From Raillietiella orientalis (taxonomy: Eukaryota), in assembly GCA_036172245.1 (NCBI GenBank), contig JAYWIR010000006.1:3596001-3660000 (forward strand): DNA of 64,000 nt, written 5' to 3'. The notes under the pieces were generated by a model that searched no databases, was not told the origin of the DNA, and was given only the letters and a program-made list of their open reading frames with translations. Positions 25,530 to 38,569 of the stretch are shown one piece after another. Each line of letters starts with the position of its first letter. Position 1 is the first letter of the stretch. A program made the position numbers and the translations under genes.

Positions 25530-26863
25530 TTGACACCCGGTCACTCCGGGGCGTTTGTTCAAAATAAACTTACAAGTTTGTGGTAGGACGTTCCGTCCTC
25601 CTACGTTGCTCAAGAAGGAACCGGCCGGAATCTGGCACGCAGGCCAGCGGGATTGTCTCGGCAGCACAGGGGAAGGGAATCCAAACAAAAACAAAAATAC
25701 AAATAAAAAAATAAAAGGTGGTGGGTTCGGGAAGGAATCACTGCGTGCTGGAAGGTATCTTCTGCATCCTTGTAAGGATGCCGACAAGTTCCGATTTTAA
25801 TGTTCCCAGATGGGGCCATCTTGATGCTGTCCTCAGAAAAAGGACTGCGAAATACATGGCGTCCCTGTCGTTCAGTCCTCCTCGGGCGTATCACCATGCA
25901 GCCACAATCCCTCCGTGTGGGCAGCAAAGTGCTGCTAGGGATGTAGTCGGCGTGAGGGCGTTGCGCTGGAAAGGGCGCTTTAAAACGTCTCTGGGGTTGT
26001 CCTTCGGGATGCGCAGGGACGCGGTAAGGCGTTCATAGATAGGATGGAGGGCCACACAATCCATGAGCAGTTGCGAGAGGGACGCTCTCTCGCCACACCT
26101 GTCTCAGTTCGGGCTCGCATTCCCCCGGGTCCGATGGTGTCGGCGAGAGGCCCAGTGCAACAGCAGAGTCGCCGACTCCTGCCACTTCGAGGGGAGGGTA
26201 GCACTGTGCCAACACCTTTGGGACCACTGTACCTCCTCCGGAGGAATTTGTAGTAGCTCTCTCCAGCGTAGCAGTCCGTTTGGTCGGACACACGAAAGTC
26301 AGCGGCTGCCAGCTCCCGAGTTGTCGATGCACCCAGATGTTTTTTCCTGCTCCCTATCACGCAGGTCACTTTTCACCTCGCTGGATGCTCGCTGTCCATT
26401 GCTCCCCTTAGGTGGGGCAGCACTGGGGCGAGGGAGGGTGAACGAAACCCATAGCAGATTCCTGGTGTTTCCCAGGATCTCCCTCAGAGGCTGACGAGCG
26501 TATCTGCTGTTCTGGAAGCAGATGAACTCTGCCTGGCGCGTGCCGTTGACTTTTCCCCAAGAGAAAACTGACTCCTGGAACCAGGAAGTCCAGCTTGCAG
26601 GGAGAACGGAGATCCAGGGGTTCTTCTGAACAAAGACAACTATGTGTCGGAGTTGGGGACCCAGATGGTTCAGACTCCGCTCGGCGGTCACGACGACCGA
26701 GGTCAATCCTTCGCATCCGGTTGCCTGTTTGGCGAGAATTCCTGCCGGAGCGCACCAAAGTGTTATTCCACTGCTTGGACCTGAAGGCAAGTCTGCGGAA
26801 TCGGAGCTGTTGCTCCATTCGCTCCAGCGTAAGTAGTCCCAGTCCACCATCCTCACACGGGGA
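25530..26863 (-). mobile_element. 5'-truncated LINE, subfamily 1 (copy H)
   Basis: It starts at PCEDGGLGLLTLERM and ends CCCCGGAGTGACCGGGTGTCAA. The TSD-like pair is AGGGCGAGGGTAAGG (25515-25529) and AGGGCGAGCGGAAGG (26864-26878). Confidence 0.88.
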
Positions 26864-26889
26864 AGGGCGAGCGGAAGGAGGTCGCACTG

Positions 26890-27237
26890 CCCCCCCCATC
26901 CCACGTGCCCCCCCCTTCCCCCCCTCCGGCACTCCGAAACCGCGTCGCCCGGAAGCACGCGGGATCGGAAGAAGCACAGCGGCTGCCCGACACGCCGGCA
27001 CTTCGCCTCCGCCACCCGAAGGGCGATCGTCTCGCGACCTCTGGGGTGTTGGCACGCGGCCAACGATGCAGCGGCGGCGCGGTGAAGGAATCGAGGGTGG
27101 CGCGGAGGGGCGGTCGTGACGTCACGAGCGCCAGCCGGAGAGAACGGCCGGCAACAATGGTGCAGTTTCGGCTCGCCCTGATTATTTTTAGAACGGAAGT
27201 TTCTTTGCCAACAGCGACGACCACGACTATTTTTAGA
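26890..27237. repeat. Third near-identical copy of part of the IR2 arm (30017-30365 inverted; 39875-40223 direct)
   Basis: Identical translated segments appear in the ORF track, and the nucleotides match by eye. Confidence 0.93.
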
Positions 27238-27589
27238 ATGAAATTAATGAGGATCAAAATGAGGGTACTTCTGACTCCGTTGTTTTGAGGCACCGAGATG
27301 ATGAACTCCGTGCTTGTGGCACTCACCTTCATCGTTTTTCGATTGAGAGAAAGATGAATCTCATAGATCATTCTTTTAAGAGCTTAAGGGTGATGCCTCC
27401 GTGAGGCAGTGAATGATCCGATCGCGATAGCCATTCGGTGGGAGAATCAAGATTGAGTTTCATGGTAATTAAAATGTCTCATTTGCGACAAGCGAATAAT
27501 TTTGATTTAATCGGAATGATTCTTGTCGGAACCGGAACCATTCTCTTACGGTTCTGCGGAAACTTGCGAAATTGTCGAGTCCGCTAAAA

Positions 27590-28700
27590 TTTCAAGCTAA
27601 ATCGCATCTTCCCCCGTTTATGCTGCCTCTCCGTGACCTGTGCAGGAAGGGTAGAGAAATTCAGTAGCAAACGGGGTGGTCTCGACCTCCTTTCTGCTGA
27701 GTTTGGGGACTGTCGCAAGCATCGATGGTAACACCGAGCGAATATACGGAATGTCGGTACGAAATCCAAGTGATCGCATCCCTAGATCTGGATATCTGTC
27801 TTCACTCTGTTTACTTCGCAGCTCCAAACCGAACGTTGCCATAAGTACTGGGAAGCCCCCTCAAGAAATCTGCAGTCGCGACGCTCTCACCTCTCGAACT
27901 CAAGAAGCTTTCGATGCAGCACAGCTAGGCAACTTGTGACGTGAATTGGAGGCCCCGTGTCATAGCAAAATGTTACGAATTCAGCAGGCGAGCCACCGTC
28001 CTCAAGACATCTAAGGACGAGCAACAATGCCATGCCCCATAGAGATCGGTCGGTTGCCTGATGTGACTCACGGAGGGAGTCAATGAAGTCGGTGACCACT
28101 TATACTTCATCGATGAGACTCCAGACTCCGGCCAGCACGTCGGCAAAGATGTCCACATCCTTGAAGAAGCACGCAACTCGAATTCTTTAGCAAGTGAGAA
28201 ATGTCGAAACTATGACGGCCTAGTTCTGCAGGGTTCCTTAGGAAGAATCAAATACTTTTGGAAGAGTGGCAAATAGGCTTTCGGACATTTCTGAAGGACA
28301 TTTGAGACAAGACGTGATTCACGTGTGTCTCCTTGGTCAATTTCCCGACTCATCATGTCTACTGTACACCCCTTCAGCTCCTCCGGAACGAATTTTGAAA
28401 ACGTTTCACGCAGTCACGAGAGATCTATTCGTTCTGCATGCTCTTTGGATCTCCTGGCTGGGAACTGCAGCGGCGACGAAGCCCTCGACTGTTCGCTTCT
28501 TGGAGAACGCTCCGCTTCCTGGTTGAATTTTCTCATTTCTCAGTTCCGAGATAAATTGCTTTCGTGAAAGATAAAAGAAATCTTCCAAAATTTCCCACCA
28601 CTCCCATATCTTGTGTACTTTATTTTTCTTTCTCTATGTATCCTCATTTGAAAAACTGCAGCCACGAGCTGTCTGCGCAAGTGTTCCATCATGGGCAAGA
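27590..28700 (-). pseudogene. Possible Tc1/mariner transposase relic
   Basis: GVWSLIDE and CLEDGGSPAEFVTFCYDTGPPIH resemble VW.GI.. and LLEDVP...WFQHDGAPPH. It is highly decayed. Confidence 0.35.
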
Positions 28701-28780
28701 AGCGTGATGGACTGAATGATAGGAAATGAAAGATGGAGCAAGCTAGATCTGAAATGATCCGATTCGGAGAAATGTGAAGA

Positions 28781-31045
28781 AGCTACAGCGTTCCTCATTC
28801 GGAACTCACTGTCCCACTCGTTTCATTTTCATGTGCACAATAACGTACACATCACAGAAAATGCTGCTTGTCGCTGATCTTAGCGGCCTTTCAAGGGGCT
28901 CCACGCTTCGCAGCGCAGAAAGGGAAAGATCCAAAACGTCTTCTTTATCATTCCAATTATGATCCCTACCTGTAGCTTCGGGAAACGCACAGTCAAAGAT
29001 AACGCAGGTTGGGATTCTCAGGGACACCACTGCACCTGCCTGCACGATCAAAAGATCAAGAGTCAGAACTTCTGTCCCACCCTCTCTCGCTTCTTTGGAA
29101 ACAGCCACGAGGCAGTGACCAACTGCCTGAATCTTCGCCATCGCTGAGCTCCGAGCACTAGGAATGGCGACGGAGAACCCGACGGAAGTTCCAGAGTCGT
29201 CTGAAAGACTGGCGCTGCTGTTTGAGGTGGATGGGGTCGCCCCATTCGTAGGACGAGAGCGCTTCCGTCATCGGAACGAGCTTGGTTCAGGCGGAAACGA
29301 CCAAGCAATCGGCTTCCATGTCGCTCGTTGGTGTTGGTAACGAATCGCAAGTCCAAACTTCACGTAGAGGCAGGAGGAATTTCCAGTACAGTACACGCTT
29401 GCGAAGTGTACTGGCCATTCGAAAACAGAGCGCGCGTTCACCACCACGGACGGCAGCACCTCTCTTCATCGGAAACATCGCACGGCAGGCGAAAAAAAAA
29501 AAAAATGGGATCGAAAACATGATACGCATGCGCATGAGCGAATCCACGCGTTGCTACATAGACGAGCCTTGCCAAAGAGACGCCCATAGACGGCGGACCC
29601 CCCGTGTACGAACGAGGAGGCTTTGCAAGATGCGAGTCCGCGTGCACGCGGTACAGCCCTCGTATAACGCGGCGAATCCTCCTTGCACGACGACGTCGAT
29701 TCGCTTTGTCTTACATTGAGAGTTCGGCGGCTTTCGCATTGAATTTACGTCCACGATGGCCACTGGTTTCTCTCACTTCGATGCCCACGGAAGATTCGTC
29801 CAAGGGATGATGGCAGGAATCCCCTCTGACCATGCTGTGACGCGCGGACTGTTCCAGTAGATCGGCTTGCTAGCGTCCACGTGAGATGGAAACAAAATGC
29901 CGCGTCCTCAGAATGCTCTGCTGTTCCATCTCGTCTCCTGGCAATCGTCTCCACGTTTCGCCCGGGCAGCCGCCGGAGCGGGAACAACGCGCTCGGATGG
30001 AGAAACTTCGAGAAACTCTAAAAATAGTCGTGGTCGTCGCTGTTGGCAAAGAAACTTCCGTTCTAAAAATAATCAGGGCGAGCCGAAACTGCACCATTGT
30101 TGCCGGCCGTTCTCTCCGGCTGGCGCTCGTGACGTCACGACCGCCCCTCCGCGCCACCCTCGATTCCTTCACCGCGCCGCCGCTGCATCGTTGGCCGCGT
30201 GCCAACACCCCAGAGGTCGCGAGACGATCGCCCTTCGGGTGGCGGAGGCGAAGTGCCGGCGTGTCGGGCAGCCGCTGTGCTTCTTCCGATCCCGCGTGCT
30301 TCCGGGCGACGCGGTTTCGGAGTGCCGGAGGGGGGGAAGAGGGGGGGCACGTGGGATGGGGGGGTTGGGGAGGGGGTGCGATCTCCTTCCGTCCGCCCGG
30401 CTTCAGCTTCGAAACCATCCCTAGAATAGGCCGGTCGAATGCCACCAACTGCCGATGTTCCTGGGCAGCCCTGCTGAACGGGCGTTCCTAAGCGTTCGTG
30501 GGACGACTCGATGGGGCGAAAGTGGGCGCGAGCATCCCCGTTGTTGGCCCTTTCGACGTGTGCCGGGCTGCGGTCCGCCGCCACGTGAGGGCTGCCCGCT
30601 GCAGATTTGGAAACGCAGGCTCTCCGTTTTCCGATTCGCCAGACGTGCCTCCCTGGGAGGCCGCTCGATGCGCCCCCTTCGGGGCTGTCCAGGAAACCCG
30701 CGGAGGTCTCCACGCCGTGCAGGGGATTCCTTGAAGGTGTGCCCGGACAAGAAGCCGCTTGGGTCGGGCGGACATCAGAGGTCAAAGCGTCAGCAGCAAG
30801 TTGACGTGGCGTGCAGAAGATTTCTTGCGTCCGTGATTCCGTCGGCAACTCCTCGCGCCGCGAGTTGGCAACCGGATCGTGTGGGGCGAGGCAGGTGGGG
30901 CAGCGCTGGAGCAAGGGGAGCGCCTCCCGCCAGCGTACTCCTCCAGGCGCTTTGGGACGCCTCGCGCGGGACGAGCAGCGAGTCCAGTTGGGGAGTCGCG
31001 GGCGGGCGAATCGCCTCGGGCGCGTTTCGTGGATTCTCGCGTGCC
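28781..31045. repeat. Left arm of long inverted duplication IR2 (partner 39195-41456)
   Basis: Mirror ORFs are almost all identical. Paired coordinates sum to 70240 or 70237 because of a 3-nt difference in a poly(A) run. There are very few substitutions. Confidence 0.97.
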
Positions 31046-31915
31046 CTCCTTTTCAATGAGAAGGAAGCGCCTCAATGGAGCGCGCTGCTCGGAGTGGCCT
31101 CCGACGAACTTGTTGTCCCTCTCCTGTGCCTGAACACTTCCGTGTTCCCGCTGAAGTGGAAAAAGGACATGTTGTTTTCGCATTGAGATTTCCAGTGTAA
31201 CCAGCGGAGAGGCCGGATTTCCGGGGCGTCGTATCTCCGAACCGTTTGAGGTGAGACTGAGTCATTCCCTCACTCATGCTGGACTGCAACGCCCTTGGAG
31301 AACTTTGGTGTAGGCTGAGCTCAGCACTCTTGCACACCGGAGACGCTGCGATGTACTTTCTGCGGTGATTCTTCGCAAGAGATAGATGCATGACAGGCGT
31401 CTCGATGGAGACAACGTATGGCAACCGTGCCATCGTTACGTCCCTCCATTGGCTGGAGTCTCGAGTGCAGCGAACGGAGGCCGCCAGCATCGCAGCTGCC
31501 TGTATGAGGTGTTCCCACCTAGACGAGGAAGCAAGAAAGGAGATCGCTGATATCCTGCTCCGTTTTTGAAAAAAGGAACGGACATTGCCGGGGACCCTTG
31601 TCCCTCCTCTTTTTTATGCATTATTGCTTACATCCCATTCCTGCCCGTTCCGGACTTTTACCGGTGCTTCACAAAGTAACGGGAAAAGCCAAAGACCCTG
31701 CCTCTGCCCTCCACGTTATTTTTGTTTTTGCTTTGTGCCCCTATCCCATCGATCCGCACGTTCAGGGAACCGTTCGAGCGTGTCAGCAGATCCTCCTCCT
31801 TGAACTTCCATGGAACGTCTTTCGGGGAAATCGCTGTCTCTATGGCTGCATTACCCTCTTGTTTGTTTATTTTAGCTTTCTGTAAAATAGATGCCCCGGA
31901 GTCACCGGGTTCAAA
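31046..31915 (+). mobile_element. LINE 3' part, subfamily 2-like (copy K)
   Basis: WSALLGVASDELVV, FPLKWKKDMLFSH and AASIAAA are present, with terminal CCCCGGAGTCACCGGGTTCA. Confidence 0.75.
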
Positions 31916-31919
31916 TCCT

Positions 31920-34380
31920 TGCGGGCTATGGTGAGGAAGGGTTCCGCAGGCGCTGCGCTTCCTCCTCATCGAGACGGCCTTTCTCGCCATCCCGAGGTTG
32001 AGTGCTTGGCCACTGAGTCTCTCTTGTTCTCCCACTTTCATCGACTCCGTCCGATTCCTGTGGTAAGTGCGCGCGCCATGATGCTGGAGAAGCTCTGGAC
32101 TGAACTCCTGGGGCGGTTAGCCGAAACACCCATCCGTCGGAAACAGACATGCGCTGTTCTCGGCCATCTCTTGACTCCAGTTGCAACAAGAGGCTGAGCT
32201 AGTAGGTCGTAGTTCTCTACTCCAAGCTAGCCAGAGAGCAAGAGATCGAACGGAAGCGAAGGCTCTGAGAGTCTTGAGGTCACAGTTGTTTTGCAGAAAA
32301 CCTTCGACTGCGTCGGCTAAGAGCTGTTTCTGGAGTTCCTGGAGCACCTGAGTCTCACGGCCGTCTCCCTAGCACCAATCTGCGCTTTTGCTGGCGTTGT
32401 TCATCATCTCTTTCGGCGGGCGGCAGGCTGATATCCGGAGCCACCTGCCCTTCAGTACCTGCTTGGAGTTAGTGCTGAAGGAACACAGGGCGACTCTAGC
32501 TACCCTGCCAAGCCCGTGTCTGGGTACACCTTCTATGTCGGTTTACACCTGCGATCCTCTACTGCTGTTACTCGTGACAACCCTGGCTTCGTCGCTCGAC
32601 GGCTTCTTCGAGATGATCCGCCGCAAAGCCGTCGCAAGTGTAAACAGTGTGGAGTCGTCTCGCATGTTTGCAGTTGGTTCGGCGTGGGCTGTACAGCCAG
32701 ACTGTGTTCTCTTCGGAATCATCACGGGAGGGCATTTCAAGTACCTGGGCGTTTCTTCCAGCGACTCGTCCCTTGCGGAGGCTTGGCCCAGCTGTCTTCA
32801 AAAGGCAGATTCGGTTCTGGGTCCGTTCCCGAATGGCAGCTCTCTCCTGCCGGAAAGGACCGTAGCGTGAAACACGTTTGTGGCGCCCATTCCCCGCCAC
32901 TTTCTTTTTGTTTGCTCTGCCCCCAGCGCGACCAAAAAGCTAACTGAAGACCTCCTGAGAAGAGTCCTTGGGAACACGGGGAGGTCCCGAGTACGCGTAA
33001 AAGACATGAATGCTCCGCGTCTGGGTGACGAACTCGGTGCCCTGATGCTGGAGTGGATGGAGCTCCACCTCCATTTCAAGAGAGTGGCCCTGGCCACCAC
33101 GTCGTACTGGCGGACGCACTAGTGCGTCCCACACGGTCTCTGGACTAGAGAGCAGCCAACTCCGAGAGATTGGCACCCTTCCCCTTGTACGACCGCCGAA
33201 GACTGCCCCTATGCGGGAGTCCGCCTCGGTAAACGGTTGCTTTGGCGCAGGACCAAGACTGGACCTCCACCTCTCTCACAAACCATGGTGTCTCGAGGCA
33301 GCAGACGGTCCAGGCGCGACGAGAATCAACGGCACGATCTCGTAGCAATCGCGGCGCCTGCAGTACCTTCGGCACGCTCGCTGCTCATTGCGGGAGATGT
33401 TGGGAAGATCCACAAAGAGCAGGTGTGCGCAGGATGCTCCACCCGCAGCAAAGCTGTACTCCATACGAGATAACCAGGACAGCGACCAGTCCACAAAATG
33501 GGGGATTCCCTGTGAAATAGTGAGGAAAAAAAGCATTTTGAGATTCTGAACGGCGCGTCCTCAACTTGCTGGCGCTTCTCCACCAGCCCGGTTCACCCCA
33601 AAAGACTTCTACGCTAAGAGAATCCCCTTGAAATCCCATTGGAAGACGTTGAGATCCTCCCGCGGTGTTTTTCGACATCTCCGTACTCCTCCTGAAGGAT
33701 TGGGCTCTGCTTCATGAGGCTTCTGTTCCACTCAACCTCTGGGTCAGGGGAGATGGGGCCCCAGACTGTGGCAGGTGCGGCGAAATGCCAACCTTCTCCT
33801 CACCTGCTTTTTGAGTGCTCTGCCCTCCGAAGTGGTCTCTGGACTCTCCGAGAAGCGACTCTCCGCCGAGGCGCCTGCTCCCTTGCGGAGTGTCGCCTGC
33901 GGCGCCGATCCGTGCTGCTTTGACGCAGTTGTCGTGGTAGCGGTTGGGATCCGCAATGACACAGTACAAACTTTCAGAGATTCCATCCAGATGGCGATTT
34001 CATTTTTGAGGAACATCACGAGATGGCCGCATCTCTCTCGGCATAAGGAGGGGTCATCTTGCGAGAATCCTGGAAAGGATGCGGAGGACTCCAGGGAGGC
34101 ATCTGTGACCCCTTCCCTGTCCCCCCAATATCATAAATGCAATTTTTAATGTTGCTTTGCTTCTGTTTATTCCTCTCTTCCTTTTATTTTCTTTGCAAAC
34201 CTCTCAAGGCAATCTGCTCTCGAGCAAGTAAGTCCTCCGGAACTCTTACCTACGTAACGGGACTGCAGTTCCAGTGCGGTAGGATGACCCTTTTTTTTTT
34301 CCTGCATGGCTATTTATTTGTAGATGTGTACTTTTTTTTATTATTATTACCATAAACACCCGGCCTGGGTGGGTGCAAAC
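31920..34380 (+). mobile_element. Longest LINE copy (decayed RT through 3' end; copy L)
   Basis: LRPIPVVS..MLEKLW, QTCAVLG, GGRQAD, SVYTCDPLLL, SVNSVES, FKYLGV, PHLLFECSAL and RWPHL are present, with terminal TAAACACCCGGCCTGGGTGGGTG. Confidence 0.88.
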
Positions 34381-34579
34381 CTACCGCGTCGCCCTGAAGA
34401 GCTCTTTTTGGCGTGTGCAGACTGCACTCTCCCCCCTCCCTACCATCGCAACTCGGTCGCTCGCCCGCTGCTAGTTCACATCAGTACCGAGAGCTCTGCG
34501 AATTGGAAAGGGAATTTGCAGATGTTGACTGGACTTCTCGCAAGAACTAGCAACGGTGAGGATGGAGGCAGTCGCGGCA

Positions 34580-34745
34580 TGGGAGAGGACATCGGAGGAG
34601 GAAGAGGAAGGGAGGAGGAGGAGGAAGAAGAGAAGGAGCAAGAGGAAGGAAGAAGGAGAGGGTGGAAGGGAAGAGGATGAAAAGAGAAAGGAAGGAAGAG
34701 GAAGAGGAGGAGGAAGAAGACAGGAGGTGGAGGAGAAGAAAGGGA
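34580..34745. repeat. Purine-rich (GAG/GAA) degenerate microsatellite
   Basis: Direct reading of the sequence. Confidence 0.9.
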
Positions 34746-35329
34746 GCTCTTACTTCTCTTTGCTTTCGAGTTTTCTGAGGATGGCGCTCCGTTTTTGATA
34801 CGTTGCGAGATGTTGGACCTTTTGGACATCTGAAAGAGACAAGGAAGAAAGCTTCAAGGTTTGCACGTGCGCGGGCTTTGTAGCGTGGACTCCCCCTCCC
34901 CCACGAGTGCCACACAGAGGACAGAGAGGCAGGGAGGAAGCCCAGCAGCGTCTGGCGTGTTTCCAACAGGACCTTCCTGCACGAAGAGAGGGACGTGGCC
35001 ACCTTGATGATTCTCTCCTCTTGCGCATCAGACGAGATGAACTCGGCGGAGTTGCCTTTCTGCTGCTCTGCAAAGGAGAGAATTCTAACATGGATCTACT
35101 GCGGAATGGGTTCCTAAATGTGATGCACCGTTTCCTGAGGGTGCTAGCTCTTCAGAGAGGAGAAGAGTGACGCAGAACTTCATAGTTCTCTGCTTTTTCT
35201 TATTTTCCTTCTCCCTTCTTTGTTGCTCTTTTTCTGGAGGAGGAACTGGTTATGAGGGGAAAACCGAGGTCTTCCATCCCGGGAACTCGAAACCAATGGG
35301 TCCGAGGTGGCGTCAGCCCCTCCCAATAA

Positions 35330-35720
35330 TGGAAAGATTCGGGTAATTGTCTGGTAGTGACAACCATCATGACGATGTCTCTGCAGATAGCATCGGTATC
35401 TGCGACATCGGCGGTGATGAGAAGCGTTTCGCCGGGCCCTTTTCAGATTTCTTGGCCACCACCTGCAGCTGGTTCTCGGTGGCAAGCATCTTGATCATTT
35501 TGACCCCGTGTTAATCTCGACGGCGCAGTTGCCCCCCCACCTGCTCATAGCTTTCGCGAGCGGACCATCGTCCACTGAAATGCCCGAAGCTCTTGTCAGC
35601 GTGCAGGTTGAATCCTCGCGAAGTGAGGCCACTGCACCATCTCTGTGGGGTAGATCCTGCTTTCCTCGTTCTCCAAACGAGACTGCTGCCCTGGTCTTTC
35701 ACAAGCACTGCCTCTAAAGG
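35330..35720 (-). pseudogene. Possible Tc1-like transposase relic
   Basis: LVWR, GHFSGRWSARESY, QNDQDACHR (QQDNAPCH-like) and ADVADTDAI (SPDLNPI-like) occur in order. The match is weak. Confidence 0.28.
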
Positions 35721-36266
35721 ACTCGGAAGCAGCTAGCCGGGAAAGCAAGAGAACGATCAAAAGAGGGCGCTCTGGAAAGGGAAGTTCTTTCAGCCGGGGA
35801 AGCGGAGGGAACTTCCCTCAAGAGGACCACGCGCTCGAGCGCGGCGGAGAGACAAACCCCAAAGGACTCAAGGCCGTTCGTACTTCACGACGATTCACTT
35901 CTGGAAGCCGAGTGTTGTCCAACGAGGGATCATCCCTAGGAGGTGTCGTCAAAGATACGCCAGGCCATCACTGCAGTGGAAATCAGCTCATTTAACGTTC
36001 ATCCTCCAAGTTGTCTTTCCGTTTGAAAGAAAGAGCGCTGTTCAACCAACGAGGGAAAAATTGGTCTTCCAAGGCCAGAAGAAATACAAAGTGAACCACT
36101 TGAGAATGGCTCGCCTCGAGCCTATCTATGCTTCGCCACAAATCCGGACTCTAGTCAGTGCGGTTTTAACTCGCACACTCGGTAGAATTTGTTTGTGTGA
36201 ATTGATAGAATGCAATTATTCAGCGCGAGCCAATTAAAGCCGGTCTTCCTCAGACGTCGCAGTCTT

Positions 36267-36470
36267 ACTCGGGGCGCGCCGCTGTCTCCCAGAACGCTCG
36301 CCTCGTATTTTTAGATCGCATTGTTGGGCGCCGTGCCGCTCGAGAACGCTGACGTCACGCAGCCAAGCCGCTCACTCGAGGCGCGCCGCTGTCTCCCAGC
36401 CGCTCGCCCGTATTTTTAGATCGCATTGTTGGGCGCAATGCTGGTCGCGCACACGCTGATGTCACGGTGC
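36267..36470. repeat. Tandem ~107-bp unit (2 copies) with a third copy at ~36920-37015
   Basis: Repeated GGCGCGCCGCTGTCTCCCAG...GTATTTTTAGATCGCATTGTTG...GCTGAYGTCACG. Confidence 0.85.
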
Positions 36471-36526
36471 TCGACACCCATCCAAAAAGCATTACTTTTC
36501 CGAGCGTTTTTGTTTACGCTTTTCTT

Positions 36527-36703
36527 CCGCCACGTGAGGGCTGCCCGCTGCAGATTTGGAAACGCAGGCTCTCCGTTTTCCGATTCGCCAGACGTGCCTC
36601 CCTGGGAGACCGCTCGATGCGCCCCCTCCGGGGCTGTCCAGGAAACCCGCGGAGGTCTCCACACCGTGCAGGGGATTCCTCGAAGGTGTGCCCGGACAAG
36701 AAG
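36527..36703. repeat. 177-bp near-identical copy of 30578-30754
   Basis: Same length, with only a few substitutions by eye. Confidence 0.92.
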
Positions 36704-37269
36704 GGCTCGCATTCTCGCATCCCGAAGAAAGGCACTGGGGATCCACCCGCTGGGTGCAAAGATTTCGGTGGAAGCCGCAAGTGGAGGGTTGAGACGGAAT
36801 TTCGTAGCCGGTAGAAGTCATTCTGGCTTCTCGCCCGCTTCCTGCGGCCTATAGTGTTGTGGAGTGGGCAGGTTACAACCGTCCGGCCACAGGTATCGCC
36901 ACGTTTCGCCACAAATCCACACTCGAAACACGACGCTTCCCAGCCTCTCGCCCTGTATTTTGAAATCGCATTGTTGCGCGCCATCTCGCTCGAGAACGCT
37001 GACGTCACGCTGTGTAGCCGGACATCAGGCGGGTGGATTTGCAGTCGCTTACACCATACTTGCAGTATGGCAGACAGGCAATCCACGGGATTCGGGCGAT
37101 TCCCTATTCGCTCGATTCGTGATATCCCTATATGGAAAGCTGATTCTTTGTCTAAAGGTTTCCTTCTTTCTAGCACCGTAAAGGGTCCAGTCAAACCTGC
37201 CTATGATGGTTCCTTAAAAGCATCAGGGATTCTCAAAGAATGGATCCTGTGACATTTCACTTCAGAGAT

Positions 37270-37890
37270 CACTCAACATGGCAAGTGCAAACGGAATCCA
37301 TCCCGAAATGAGCTTTTCGAAATGAGAGGATTCTCGGTGGAGCAAGCGGCAATTGGGCGATCTGCTTCCGGAGATGCGTGAGGAACTGCTTTGAATGGAA
37401 ACTGGAAATTCGGCTCCCACTTCCCTTATTTTCCATGGTCGCCGCGGAAAGACTTCCGGCTCAGCAGGCAGCAGGACGGCATTCGAAATCCCGAAAAGTG
37501 AGTTCCCTTCGAAAGCAGGTCTACCAGGTTGCACACTGGAGCTGCTGCAGCTCTTGTTCTTAGATTACGGTAAATGCTACGAGCGGTAAATGCCGCGGGG
37601 TCCGCGAGCGATGTGTCTCAATTCCACAAGATGCGTGCACTGCCTTTCCGTCTCTTTCTTCTTGTCCTTTTCCCTGGCACGAAGACCGATTTTCTGTGGG
37701 CAGCACGCAGCTCTACATCTCTATCAAGTGGACCGGAACTTCCAATGCAAGTCGTGCTGCCGTATCGAACCAAGTTAAAATCTCGAGCACTTGCATCTTC
37801 TTGTAATCTTGATTTTTCTGAGTACTCTGCTTCAGCTAGTGATCCCGGACCAAAAAGGTTTCAACCCAAGACTTTGATTTTATTAGAAGT
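37270..37890 (-). pseudogene. Possible mariner-type transposase relic
   Basis: ADPAAFTARS (DGAPAHTAR-like) and CRLLHRESSHFEKLI (C...G.HFE.LL-like). Confidence 0.3.
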
Positions 37891-38569
37891 TTGAAGCTGT
37901 GTTACGTGCTGCAAGAGCAGCAGCAATCGTCACGCTCGGGTTCTAAGTGTCGGTGCTGCTCCCCGGGATATGGCGCTGGGCGCCGTCTCGATCCGGGAGC
38001 TCTCGGAAGCGGCAACCCAAGCCAAAGAACACTCTGAGCTGTTTTTCAAAGGAATCTCGGCCACTTCGTTGGACACCATGGATGACGTGAACGCATCGTT
38101 AACGCTCTCGCTGATAGTCCACCAGCTCTCTCCTGTCCGGGAAGCGACGTTCCGCCAATTGATGGGCCATCGGGCAGCGAGCCCCGGAAAAAAGAATGAA
38201 CACAAAAAAAAACTCAGTCGCACTACACCGCGGGGTGCTTTCCACCCGCAAGCACTTCGGAATCCTTGCAGAACTCCTCCGTCCTCACCCCGAGCTGCTC
38301 AGAACACGAACTGTTACTCGGAAGAAGGGTTCTTCCCTTGAGAGCGATGAGGCTCGGAATCTCGAACCGTCCGATTCGACTGGCTGCATCCGCGCCGCGA
38401 AGAAGCTCGTTTTCCTAACCCCTCCACGGTGGGGTCGGAATCCGCCACTGCCCGATGGGAGAAGAAAGAGCAGAGTTCCTAGTCTCGCCACTGCGGGCCG
38501 CAAATTTTCCGCGCCGTTCGGTGCTCTGACACGGGATCTGCTGAATTTCCCACCACGCACAGATAACCC

